Source of the DNA: Candidatus Eiseniibacteriota bacterium
GTDB taxonomy: Bacteria > Eisenbacteria > RBG-16-71-46
Length of the DNA: 64,000 nt
Reading direction: 5' to 3'
NCBI GenBank assembly: GCA_963776245.1
Contig: CAVZLN010000003.1
Location: forward strand, 736,001 to 800,000
Shown: positions 9,525 through 18,371 of the stretch, one piece after another
Layout: each line of letters opens with the position of its first letter
Numbering within the stretch: position 1 is the stretch's first letter
Translations under genes and position numbers: made by a program
The notes under the pieces: generated by a model
The model's input: the letters and a program-made list of their open reading frames with translations, nothing else
Databases searched by the model: none
Told to the model about the DNA's origin: nothing

Positions 9525-10966
9525 CACCTGGCGGCCGCCGCGCCCTCGGTCTCGGCCGCGGGCTCGGTCAGCACGATCTCCTTTCGCACGATGAGCACTC
9601 CGATCTGCTTCAGGAAGTCGTACGGGGGCACGCCGCCCACCCGCACGATGACGGCGTCGTTGGGGATCAGGTGCGGGTGGCCCTGCCATTCCAGGACCAC
9701 CTGCGACTCGCGGATCTCGCGCACCTGGCTACCGAGCAGGAGCGTGACCTTGCCCGCCTTCACCGCGTCGTCGAGCTTCTGGCGGTTGCGGTCCTTCACG
9801 CGTCCGAACGACTCGCTGCGGTACGACAGCGTGACGGTGGCGCCCTCCTGGTTGGCGAGGCCGAGCACGGATTCCACCGCGCTGTCGCCGCCGCCCACCA
9901 CCAGGCAGTGCATGCCGGCGAACTCCTCCATCTCGACGATGTCGTAGAACACCTTCTCGGACTCCTCGCCGGGCACCCCGAGCTTGCGCGGCGTCCCCCG
10001 GCGCCCCATCGCCAGCACCACGGCGCGCGCCCGCCACTCGCCGCCGGTCGAGGTCACCGTGAAGATCCCGTCGGCGCGGCGCTCGATCCCGCTCACGCGC
10101 TCTCCGGTGCGGACGTCGAGGCCGGTCTTGCGGATGACGGTCTCCCACACCTGGAGCAGGTCCTCCTTGGTGGCGTCCGCGATCCACAGGTCGCCGTAGA
10201 GCGGCACGGTGAGCGGCTCGGCGAGCAGCAGCTTGTGGCGCGGGTACTTGCGGATGCTCTCGGTCAGCGTGCCCTGTTCCAGCACCACGTAGGAGAGCTT
10301 CTGGCGCAGCGACTCGAGGCCGGCGCTCAGGCCCGCCGGGCCCGAGCCCACCACCACGACGTCGTACACGCCCTCGGTCGGCGCCGCGCCGGCGCGCGCG
10401 CGCGCGATGTGCTCGACCGCGAGCCGGCCTTCGTTGACCGCGTTCTTGATCAGCCCGCGGCCGCCCAGTTCCCCGACCACGTAGAGACCGTCGATCACGG
10501 TCTCGAAGTTCACCGAGAGCAGCGGCACGTCCACGTGCTGCACCGCGGCGCCCGAGGTGACGATGATGCCGCCGACCGGGCACGCGGTGGCACACGAGCC
10601 GTGTCCCTTGCACAGGTCCTTGTTCACGACCGCGAGCTTGTGCTCCATGCGGATCGCGCCCGGTTCGGGGCACGCGGCCACGCACGTGCCGCATCCGACG
10701 CACACGTCGGTGCGGATGATCGCGTGCCGGGGCCCGTCGCCGCCGCCGGCCTCGGCGCCGTCCGCCACCACCTTCGCCATCACCATGTCGAACGCCCGGA
10801 GCGGCGCGCTGCAGCCGGGACAGAGGCGCGCCGTGCTCGACACCTTCGTGTGGCACCGCGGGCACTCGATCTCGGGCGCGGCCGGGCGCTGGTGGCTGCG
10901 CAGATGCAGCCACATGAAGAGCGCCGACAGCGCGACGAAGGCGAGGGTGGTGAGGAGCATGTCCAT
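9524..10966 (-). CDS. membrane-anchored zinc-ribbon / 2x[4Fe-4S] / FAD-NAD(P)H oxidoreductase (TrxR/YpdA-like fold)
   Basis: N-terminal TM; CPRC..CPGC; CVGCGTCVAACP and CKGHGSCATACP; VVGSGPAG; LAMGRRG; VVGGGDSA; SYR. Confidence 0.9.
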   Translation of the reverse strand: MDMLLTTLAFVALSALFMWLHLRSHQRPAAPEIECPRCHTKVSSTARLCPGCSAPLRAFDMVMAKVVADGAEAGGGDGPRHAIIRTDVCVGCGTCVAACPEPGAIRMEHKLAVVNKDLCKGHGSCATACPVGGIIVTSGAAVQHVDVPLLSVNFETVIDGLYVVGELGGRGLIKNAVNEGRLAVEHIARARAGAAPTEGVYDVVVVGSGPAGLSAGLESLRQKLSYVVLEQGTLTESIRKYPRHKLLLAEPLTVPLYGDLWIADATKEDLLQVWETVIRKTGLDVRTGERVSGIERRADGIFTVTSTGGEWRARAVVLAMGRRGTPRKLGVPGEESEKVFYDIVEMEEFAGMHCLVVGGGDSAVESVLGLANQEGATVTLSYRSESFGRVKDRNRQKLDDAVKAGKVTLLLGSQVREIRESQVVLEWQGHPHLIPNDAVIVRVGGVPPYDFLKQIGVLIVRKEIVLTEPAAETEGAAAAR

Positions 10967-10967
10967 G

Positions 10968-11981
10968 TCAGAGGCTCACCGCGCCGACCATCAGCGCCAC
11001 CGCCACGTGGATGAGCACCGCGAGCAGCGCGGTGACCGCGAACGGCCGGTGCGCGACGTGCCAGTATCCGAACACCGTGCGCGTCGCGTCGAGCATGCGG
11101 ACCTGCTGCGTCAGGGCCAGCTCGCGCTTGGCCAGGTTCACCGCCTCGGCGAGCGCGGTCGCGCTCGGCGGCCGCGCGCCGGGGCGCGGGGACGACCACT
11201 GGCGCTTGAGTGCGTCGACGGCCCGCGCGCGCGCCCAGTCGTCCTGCATCATGCGCCAGATGGTGCGCGCCGGGTCGAGGCCGGCGTACGAGCGCTGGCC
11301 CACGATCAGGGAGCGCTCCACCACCTGGGGCTCGAGCCCGGTCGCGGCCGCGATGCGGGTGATGAGCGCGCGGCGCTCGTTCTCGCAGTCGTTCTTGGTG
11401 AGCTCGAGGCCATCCCGGCTGCGCGGGATGTGCACGTAGAGGTAGCGCCCGACGATCCCCGAGAGGCTCACCAGGACCATCGCCAGGTAGCCGAGTCCGA
11501 TGAGCCCGTCGAAGCGCCAGCCCGCGTGCACCGCCGCCAGCACCGGGACCGACAGGCCGAACACGATGTGCACGCGCAGCCACGAGCCCACCTGGCCCGT
11601 CCACGCCAGCCAGCGGAGGTTCTTGCGCAACGGGTAGAGCCACAGGAACAGGAAGAAGGCGAACGCGACGACCCCGAACGCCAGCCCCACCGGACCGGAG
11701 GGCCGGAGCAGGGCGTGGAGCGGGCTGCGCATCCGCTCGCCGCGGTCCATGAGGTAGTAGGGCAGACCGAGGTCGGTGGCCAGCGCCGGGATCGCCAGCA
11801 CGATCACCAGGGCGATGGTGTCTGGACTGGCGGCCGGCCGGCGCGCCGCCGACCCCGCGCGGGCGGGCGTCGCAGCCGCCTGCTCGGCCGGTCGCGGGCC
11901 CGCCACCGGGGCTCTTTCCGGGACCTTCGGCGCGGGTGTCATATTGTCATTTGCGGCATCGAGGTTCGTCGCCGAATGCAA
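10968..11981 (-). CDS. inner-membrane protein, putative di-heme b (ferric-reductase-like) cytochrome
   Basis: About 5 TM helices; two His-x13-His pairs (HIVFGLSVPVLAAVH, HRPFAVTALLAVLIH); TTG 11981 has AAGGAG 8 nt upstream (alternative ATG 11942). Confidence 0.75.
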   Translation of the reverse strand: MHSATNLDAANDNMTPAPKVPERAPVAGPRPAEQAAATPARAGSAARRPAASPDTIALVIVLAIPALATDLGLPYYLMDRGERMRSPLHALLRPSGPVGLAFGVVAFAFFLFLWLYPLRKNLRWLAWTGQVGSWLRVHIVFGLSVPVLAAVHAGWRFDGLIGLGYLAMVLVSLSGIVGRYLYVHIPRSRDGLELTKNDCENERRALITRIAAATGLEPQVVERSLIVGQRSYAGLDPARTIWRMMQDDWARARAVDALKRQWSSPRPGARPPSATALAEAVNLAKRELALTQQVRMLDATRTVFGYWHVAHRPFAVTALLAVLIHVAVALMVGAVSL

Positions 11982-12240
11982 TACGCCATCTCCTTGGCAT
12001 GGTCCGATGGGAGCGATGCCGTGCGCCTGCAACACCCTGGAGGGAATGGGGCGCTCAGGTCCACACGGCAAGGGCAAGAGCGGTGCCACCCGGCTGACGG
12101 TCGGGACACCCCGGGAGGGCCAGGGTGGAACGCGACACGACTCGTACCGGAGCGAGGGCACAGCCCGGTCTGGTTCTGATACCCCGAAGGCGTGGCTGCC
12201 GTCCAGAGGAAATGCCGGGGAGGCGGAACAAAATGCATAC

Positions 12241-12258
12241 AGGTAAATGATTTCACAA
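12241..12258. promoter_or_regulatory. Rex-like operator AGGTAAATGATTTCACAA
   Basis: 11/14 match to TTGTGAA-N4-TTCACAA with one perfect half-site, in an AT-rich patch of the divergent intergenic region. Confidence 0.45.
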
Positions 12259-12301
12259 TTCTTCCGCGCGGCTCGCGCGCGTCGGTCGCGCGCGTCGGTC
12301 G

Positions 12302-12330
12302 TTGCCGTGTCGGGGGTCGCCTGTTAGACT
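12302..12330 (+). promoter_or_regulatory. sigma70-type promoter for arginase (TTGCCG-17-TAGACT, with TGn extension)
   Basis: 17-bp spacing; -10 ends 9 nt before ATG 12340; no SD. Confidence 0.5.
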
Positions 12331-12339
12331 CTGCCGCCC

Positions 12340-13260
12340 ATGACCCGCAGGAAACGCAGTATCGACGTGATCGGTGTGCCGGTGGATCTCGGCCAGGCCC
12401 GCCGGGGCGTGGACATGGGTCCGTCGGCCATCCGGATCGCCGACCTCGAGCCCCGCCTGGAGGCGCTCGGGCACAAGGTACACGACGAAGGGGACATCGA
12501 CGTGATGATCCCCGAGACCCAGCGGGTCGGCAAGGACCGGCTCCGCTACAAGGCGCCGGTCCTGGCGGCGTGCGACGCACTCCGCGGGGCGGTCGAGGAG
12601 AGCCTCGGCAAGGGGCGCCTGCCGCTGGTGCTGGGGGGCGACCACAGCATCGCCATCGGCTCGGTCTCGGGCACTTCCAACCATGCCGCGCGTGCCGGCG
12701 GTCGCATCGGGCTCCTCTGGTTCGACGCCCATGGCGACGCCAACACGCCCGACACCACGCCTTCGGGCAATATCCACGGCATGTCGCTCGCCGTGCTGCT
12801 CGGCCACGGGGACCACGACCTGGTGCACCTCGGTGGCCGTGCGCCCAAGGTGCAGGCGCGCAACACCGTGCTCATCGGCGTCCGCGACCTCGACGGTGGG
12901 GAGCGCGAGATGCTCAAGAAGCTCAGCGTGACCGTTTACACCATCCGCGAGGTGGACGAGCGAGGCATGCACGACGTGGTGGACGAGGCCATCCGCCTGG
13001 CCAGTGACGGCACCATGGGCATCCACCTGTCGTTCGACCTCGACGTGCTCGACCCCGAGGACGCGCCCGGCACCGGGACGCCGGTCTGGGGCGGCATCAC
13101 GTACCGCGAGGCGCATCTGGCGATGGAACTGCTCGCGGACCGCGCGAACATCGTCGCGATGGACCTGGTCGAGGTGAACCCGGTGCTCGACACCCAGAAC
13201 ATGACCGGGATACTCGCCGCCGAGCTCGCACAGAGCGCGCTCGGAAAACGCATCCTCTAG
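12340..13260 (+). CDS. rocF: arginase
   Basis: GGDHSIA, DAHGD, SGNIHGM, SFDLDVLDP, GTGTPV, EVNP motifs. Confidence 0.95.
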   Translation: MTRRKRSIDVIGVPVDLGQARRGVDMGPSAIRIADLEPRLEALGHKVHDEGDIDVMIPETQRVGKDRLRYKAPVLAACDALRGAVEESLGKGRLPLVLGGDHSIAIGSVSGTSNHAARAGGRIGLLWFDAHGDANTPDTTPSGNIHGMSLAVLLGHGDHDLVHLGGRAPKVQARNTVLIGVRDLDGGEREMLKKLSVTVYTIREVDERGMHDVVDEAIRLASDGTMGIHLSFDLDVLDPEDAPGTGTPVWGGITYREAHLAMELLADRANIVAMDLVEVNPVLDTQNMTGILAAELAQSALGKRIL

Positions 13261-13418
13261 CCCCGCGCGCGTCCGGAACGGCGCGAGGGAGTGGTGACAC
13301 GGTTCGACCGCGCGAGCGGCGTCCTCGTCGAACTCGGCGATGACGGCGCATCGCGCACCGGCTTCAGCCCCAATGGCGGCGGGTCGTCTGCCCACCGCCC
13401 GATCGAACAGGAGCCTCG

Positions 13419-13823
13419 ATGACGACGATCGATCCAGTGAGGGATCTTCTGCGCGCGCGCGGTTGTGCGGACCGCGCGGTGGAGGGCGGGCTCGATGGCC
13501 TGCTCGAGGCGTGGGGGCGGGTCGTGGACGAGCTCGAGCGCGGCTACACGCTCGGCCTCGACGACTACCTCAACGACCTCGACGTGCGCGAACTGCTGCG
13601 CGCCGCGCTGGCACTGGCGGTGGACCGCGACCGCACCAAGGCCACCAAGCGCCTGACGGCGCTCGATACCCGCGTGCGCGCGGCCACCGAACCCGCGGGA
13701 CGGTGCCTGTGGGGCGATCGCGTGGCGAAGACCAACGGCTGGACGGCCGACGACCATTGGTGGTACTTCGCCCGCCCGCGGCGCATGAGCGCCGAGCTGC
13801 GTGCGGACCTCGGCGACGCCTGA
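13419..13823 (+). CDS. hypothetical protein (134 aa)
   Basis: AGGAG SD, normal composition, stop coupled (TGATG) to next gene. Confidence 0.75.
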   Translation: MTTIDPVRDLLRARGCADRAVEGGLDGLLEAWGRVVDELERGYTLGLDDYLNDLDVRELLRAALALAVDRDRTKATKRLTALDTRVRAATEPAGRCLWGDRVAKTNGWTADDHWWYFARPRRMSAELRADLGDA

Positions 13824-14356
13824 TGCGGCCGGGGCCGATGAGGATCGTCCGTGGGTGCGCGGCACTGCTGGCCGTGCTGATGGCGGCGACCGCCGCCACC
13901 CCGGCCCTGAAGCGCGTGGAGGTGACGCCGTCACGCCGACCCCCCGCGAGCGCCACCGCGATCTCCGACAGCGTGGCGATGCGACGGGCCATCGACGCCG
14001 CCAACCTCGCGTACCTCGATGCCTTCCGGCGCGCCGACGCGCAGGCGCTCGCCGCGGTCTACGACCCGGACGCCGCGCAATTGCGCCCGGGCGGATCGAT
14101 GGTGCGCGGGCGCGCCGCCATCGCGGCCGACCTCGCGCCGCTGCTCGAGCGCATCCATTTCATCAGCGGCACCATCACGTCGTCCTCGCTGTGGCGCGTG
14201 GACGACCTGGCGTACGACGTCGGGCACTATACGTTCGTGTTCCAGCCGGCGGGCAAGGACACGCTGGTGGAGCGCAGCCGCTACGTGAACATCTGGAGGC
14301 TGCAGCGGGACGGCTCCTGGAAGATCTGGCGCGATCTGCCGGTGCCGCGCGAGTGA
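13823..14356 (+). CDS. secreted NTF2/SnoaL-like (DUF4440/YybH-type) protein
   Basis: Signal peptide; AIDAAN..DA..LAAVY, RGRAAI, AYDVG, YVNIWR..DGSWKI pattern; start 13823 or 13838. Confidence 0.8.
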   Translation: MRPGPMRIVRGCAALLAVLMAATAATPALKRVEVTPSRRPPASATAISDSVAMRRAIDAANLAYLDAFRRADAQALAAVYDPDAAQLRPGGSMVRGRAAIAADLAPLLERIHFISGTITSSSLWRVDDLAYDVGHYTFVFQPAGKDTLVERSRYVNIWRLQRDGSWKIWRDLPVPRE

Positions 14357-16101
14357 CCGTGGCCGCCCGCCCGGCTGAAGCTCAGGGCCGCACGCTGCTT
14401 CATGAGCGTGCGCAACGCGGCGCGCAGCCGGGGATGCGCATCGAACCGGCGCACGAAGTCGCTCTCGCGCCGGCTCCCCTTGGCCCGGATGACCTCGACC
14501 AGCGCGCGCTTCTCGGCCGCGGTCCAGCCCGCCACCCCGGGCAGCAGCACCACCAGCGGGCCCCAGCGGCGGAAGGCCAGCTCCTCGCCCGGTCCCCACC
14601 CGCGCCGGCGGGTCGGCAGCTCCAGCATCACCGCCGCCTCCGCGGCGCACACCGGCTCCGCGTGGGCGCGCTGGGCGCCGAAGCGGTCGCGGAGCATGCG
14701 GGTGACGGCGAGCCCCACGTTCGCCACCGGGAGCCGGCCGATGACGTCGGCCCGCGCCGCGCCGAGATGCCAGTACACGTTCTCCTCGCCCAGGCGGCGC
14801 AGCGTGGCGATCGAGGAGCGGTGGGCGGGATCGGCCGCCATGCGGCGCTCCTCGCGCCGCATCAGTCGCACGGCGTGCGGCGCCTGGGGCGCGAAGCCCA
14901 GCTTGCGGTAGAACCACCAAGCGCCGGACTCCAGCCCCTCGGTATTGCCCGCGCCGCCCAATTGGTAGGGATAGATGGTGAACGCGTCCGAGCCGAACAG
15001 CGCGCGCAGCATGCTGAGGACGCGCCCGTACACCGCGCCCGCCTCGGCGCCGCGCCAGCTGTCGAACACGTTGTACGCCACCTCGGACGAGCCGAACAGC
15101 GCGCTCGAGAGCACGTAGCCGATCGGCACGCCGTTCTTGAGCGTGAGGAATCCGTAGACCGCTTCGAGCAGCAGGCGGCGTTCGGGGATCACGCCCATCG
15201 CCGCGAACTGCAGCCCGCCGTCACCGTCCACCACGCGCACGTCGCGCGGGTCGGCGTAGGAGAACGCGTCGAGATCGCGTCCGCGGGTCACCATCGCCGC
15301 GCGCGCGAGGTCGATGAGGCGCTGTCCTTCGCGCTCGTCCACCGCGCGGATGGACCGCGGCGGACGGGCCAGCTCGGCTCGCAGGTCGGGGCGCGCGCGC
15401 GCCAGCGGCCGGCGCTGGAACGCCACCCGCGCCCGCGGCCAGCGCGCCAGGGTGCGGGAGGGAGTGTCCGTTCCGGGCGCGAGCACGAACGGCAGGTCGA
15501 GCGCGTCCCACAGGATCTCGTTGGCGAAGTCGTCGCGCGCGACCCACGCGAATCGCTTCGCGAGGAACGTGGCGTCGGTCTCGTGCGCGGCCTTCAGCCG
15601 ATCGATCCACCCCCGCAGGCCGTAGTCGTACTCGTCGAGCCCCGGGGACTCGGCGTGGATCGCCAGCAGGGGCAGCAGCGCCTCGAGCCGGGCGGGATCC
15701 TCGAGTCCGTCCCAGTCGAGCGCCAGCTGCCGGGGCCAGCGTTCGGCCAGCCAGCGCGCGGTGGACTGGAAGAACCGGAAGCGGATGGCGGTGCCCGCCA
15801 CGCCGCTGTCCGCGAGCGCCGCGCGGAAGCGACGCAGGTCGGCGCGGCGCGCGAAGGCGCGCAGCGCGCGCTCGACCGCGGCCAGCACCCGGGCGTCGTC
15901 GGGGTAGGCGCGCAGGAACACCAGGCACTCGTGCAGCCGCAGGACGTGGTTCGCGCCCGGGAGCGCCCGGCGCACCAGCGCGCGCACCAGCGCCGCCTTC
16001 TCTCTCGAGATCCCCGGCCGGCCGAACTCGGCCCGGATGGCCTCGAGACGGACCAGCGCGCGCGCGGGTGACGTGGCGCGGGCGCCGGGCGCCGGGCTCA
16101 C
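14281..16101 (-). CDS. hypothetical protein (~600 aa) with GNAT-like C-terminal motifs
   Basis: GTG 16101 overlaps upstream TGA; VFDSWRG and N...AWWFYRKLGF motifs. Confidence 0.7.
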   Translation of the reverse strand: MSPAPGARATSPARALVRLEAIRAEFGRPGISREKAALVRALVRRALPGANHVLRLHECLVFLRAYPDDARVLAAVERALRAFARRADLRRFRAALADSGVAGTAIRFRFFQSTARWLAERWPRQLALDWDGLEDPARLEALLPLLAIHAESPGLDEYDYGLRGWIDRLKAAHETDATFLAKRFAWVARDDFANEILWDALDLPFVLAPGTDTPSRTLARWPRARVAFQRRPLARARPDLRAELARPPRSIRAVDEREGQRLIDLARAAMVTRGRDLDAFSYADPRDVRVVDGDGGLQFAAMGVIPERRLLLEAVYGFLTLKNGVPIGYVLSSALFGSSEVAYNVFDSWRGAEAGAVYGRVLSMLRALFGSDAFTIYPYQLGGAGNTEGLESGAWWFYRKLGFAPQAPHAVRLMRREERRMAADPAHRSSIATLRRLGEENVYWHLGAARADVIGRLPVANVGLAVTRMLRDRFGAQRAHAEPVCAAEAAVMLELPTRRRGWGPGEELAFRRWGPLVVLLPGVAGWTAAEKRALVEVIRAKGSRRESDFVRRFDAHPRLRAALRTLMKQRAALSFSRAGGHGHSRGTGRSRQIFQEPSRCSLQMFT

Positions 16102-16367
16102 GTCGGGCCCGACCCATCGCCCGGTGCGGCGTCCCCGGGATCCTCGACCGGGACCCAGCCCTGGTCGGGCATCAGCACGTCGGCGTCCCCGGTGATGCGG
16201 TCGATGCGCACGACGCGGATCTCGCCCTCGTCGGTCATGTGATCGTAGCGGTAAGCGGTGGGCCAGACGTAGAACACGAACAACACCAGCAGCGCTCCGC
16301 CGACCGCGAGCCACGCCAGTCTCGCGGCGATCCTCAGCGCGCGCGCCGCCCCCGCCCCGCCGCTCAC
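16098..16367 (-). CDS. small single-pass membrane protein (89 aa)
   Basis: GTG 16367 overlaps peptidase TGA; one TM then YVWPTAYRYDH..VRIDRITG. Confidence 0.65.
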   Translation of the reverse strand: MSGGAGAARALRIAARLAWLAVGGALLVLFVFYVWPTAYRYDHMTDEGEIRVVRIDRITGDADVLMPDQGWVPVEDPGDAAPGDGSGPT

Positions 16368-18371
16368 TTCACCCACCGGTCGAACCAGGCCAGCTGGCGC
16401 AGGTATTGGTCGGCGCGGTGGCGGGGCTCGCGCAGACCGTGCCCCTCGCGGGGGTAATGCACGTATTCGGTCGGCACCCCGAGCCCCAGCAGCGCGCGGT
16501 AGAGCTGCTGCGCCTGCGGGGGCGGCACCCGCGCGTCGTTCTCCCCCACGAGGATGAGCGTGGGCGTCCTGGCGTTGCGGATGAAGGTGAAGGGGGATGA
16601 CTTCGCCCACTTCTCCGGCGTCTCCCACGGGGCGCCCTCGAACTCGAAGGCGCGGTACTTCTGCACGTCGCTCTGGCCGTAGAACGACGACAGCTCGACG
16701 GCGCCCGCGAACACGCACGCGGCCTTGAAACGATCCGTCTGGGTGATCGCCCACGCCGAGAGATAGCCGCCGTACGACCCGCCGTAGACGGCGAGTCTTC
16801 GGGGATCCGCGAGCCCGCGCGCGATCAGCGAATCCACGCCGCTCATGACGTCGCGCCAGTCCTGCCCGCCCCAGTCGGCGCGCTGGCGCAGCATGAACGC
16901 GGTGCCGTAGCCGCCGCTGGAGCGGAAGTTCGGCATGAACACCTGCCACCCGTTCGCGGCGAAATACTGCGGCCCGCTCTGGAAGCCGATCCCGTACCTC
17001 GAGGCGTAGGGACCGCCGTGGAGCAGCACCAGCGTCCGGAGCGGGGCGCCCGCGGTCGCTCCCGCCGGGCGCAGCAGCACGCCCTCGACCCGCACCCCGT
17101 CGGTGCTGGTCCACTGGACCACGCGGGTGACGCCGAGCCTGGCCTTCGCGGCCGCCGCGTTGAGCGCGGTGACCGGGCGGCCGTCCCGGAGGACGGCTTC
17201 GGCCACCCATGCCTCGGTGGGCGCGTCCATGCGCGACTGGATCCACGCCGCCCGTCCGTTGGAGGCGAGCGTGAGACCGCCGGCCTCGCCCTGCACGTCG
17301 GTGCCCAGCGCGACGGCGCCGCCCACGGTCGGCACCGACGCGATGCGGGAGGACACGCCCCGCTGAGACCAGAAGTACAGGTGTCCGCCGTCCGGGTCTC
17401 CACGACGGGGCGCTGGCGTCTTCGTCGTACGACGCGGTCAGGTTCGTCGGCGTGCCGCCCGCGGCGGAGATCAGCCACAGGTCGGTCTTCTGCACGTGCT
17501 TCGCGCGATCCGCTCCCGCCGCCCACGTGATCCAGCGCGAGTCGGGCGACCACGCGAAGTCACCGCCCAGCACGCCGAGCATGCGGGCGGGGCCGCCCCC
17601 GACCGGCACGACCGCGATGTCCGCCGCGTTCTCGTCGTCGGGCTTGCCGGTGGGGCTCACCTGACAGGCCAGCTGCTTCGAATCGGGAGACCACCGCACC
17701 TGCCAGCAGTAGCGTGGGCCGTCGATCAACTGGCGCTGCGTGCCGGTCGCGATCTCCACCACCCACAGGTGCGGGTACTGGAGGCGTTCGTCCTCGACCG
17801 CATGGTCCCACTTCTTCTTTCTCCACTCGCGCAGGATCCGGGGCAGGGTGTCGGTCTTCACGTACGCGAGGTGACGGCCGTCCGGCGACCACGTCACCTC
17901 GCTCACCGCCTCGTCGTAGGTGCCGAACGGCCACGGCTCCCCGCCGCGCAGCGACAACATGTAGATGCCGGGCTTCGCTTCGTCGCCGGTGCCGCGGTTG
18001 CCCACGAACGCGATCGTGTCACCGCCCGGGGAGAACGTCGGGCTGGTGTCGGCCTTGGGGTGGCGCGTCAGCCGCAACGCGTCGCCGGGGCGCGCGACAT
18101 CCACCAGGTAGAGGTCCTGGTTGTTGGCGTCCTCCGCCGTGTCGGGCGCGCTCACCACGAGCGCGAGGCGCGAGCCGTCGGGGGACCAGGTCATCCCACT
18201 GAAGGTCGAGAGCGTGAGGAGGTGCTCCAGCCGGAAGGGCCTCGACGTGTCGGCCGGAGCCGCGGGGGGACTCCCCGCGGGCTTCGACCGGGCCGCCGCC
18301 CCATGCGAGGGACCGGCCATCGCCAGCTGGGACAGGAGCGGCAGCGCTACTACTAGTAGAGGGAGGCGCAT
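16364..18371 (-). CDS. S9 family (acylaminoacyl/dipeptidyl) peptidase, interrupted by one +1 indel near 17395
   Basis: Signal peptide, WSPDG propeller repeats, HGGP, GGSYGG, END.RV, EGHG triad; removing one base joins the two ORFs (..APSW[S/R]PDGGHLYFW..). Confidence 0.9.

Noticed and set aside
11939..11989. 16-aa leader peptide MAYCIRRRTSMPQMTI overlapping ATG 11942
   Set aside because: AAGGAG abuts its ATG with zero spacing and fits the in-frame TTG 11981 better
14281..14356. 76-nt convergent overlap of two CDS ends
   Set aside because: Plausible stop-codon drift in GC-rich DNA or another indel; no functional signal
16098..18371. 757-aa ORF as a propeller-membrane fusion protein
   Set aside because: Artefact of the peptidase frameshift reading into the frame of the separate 89-aa gene
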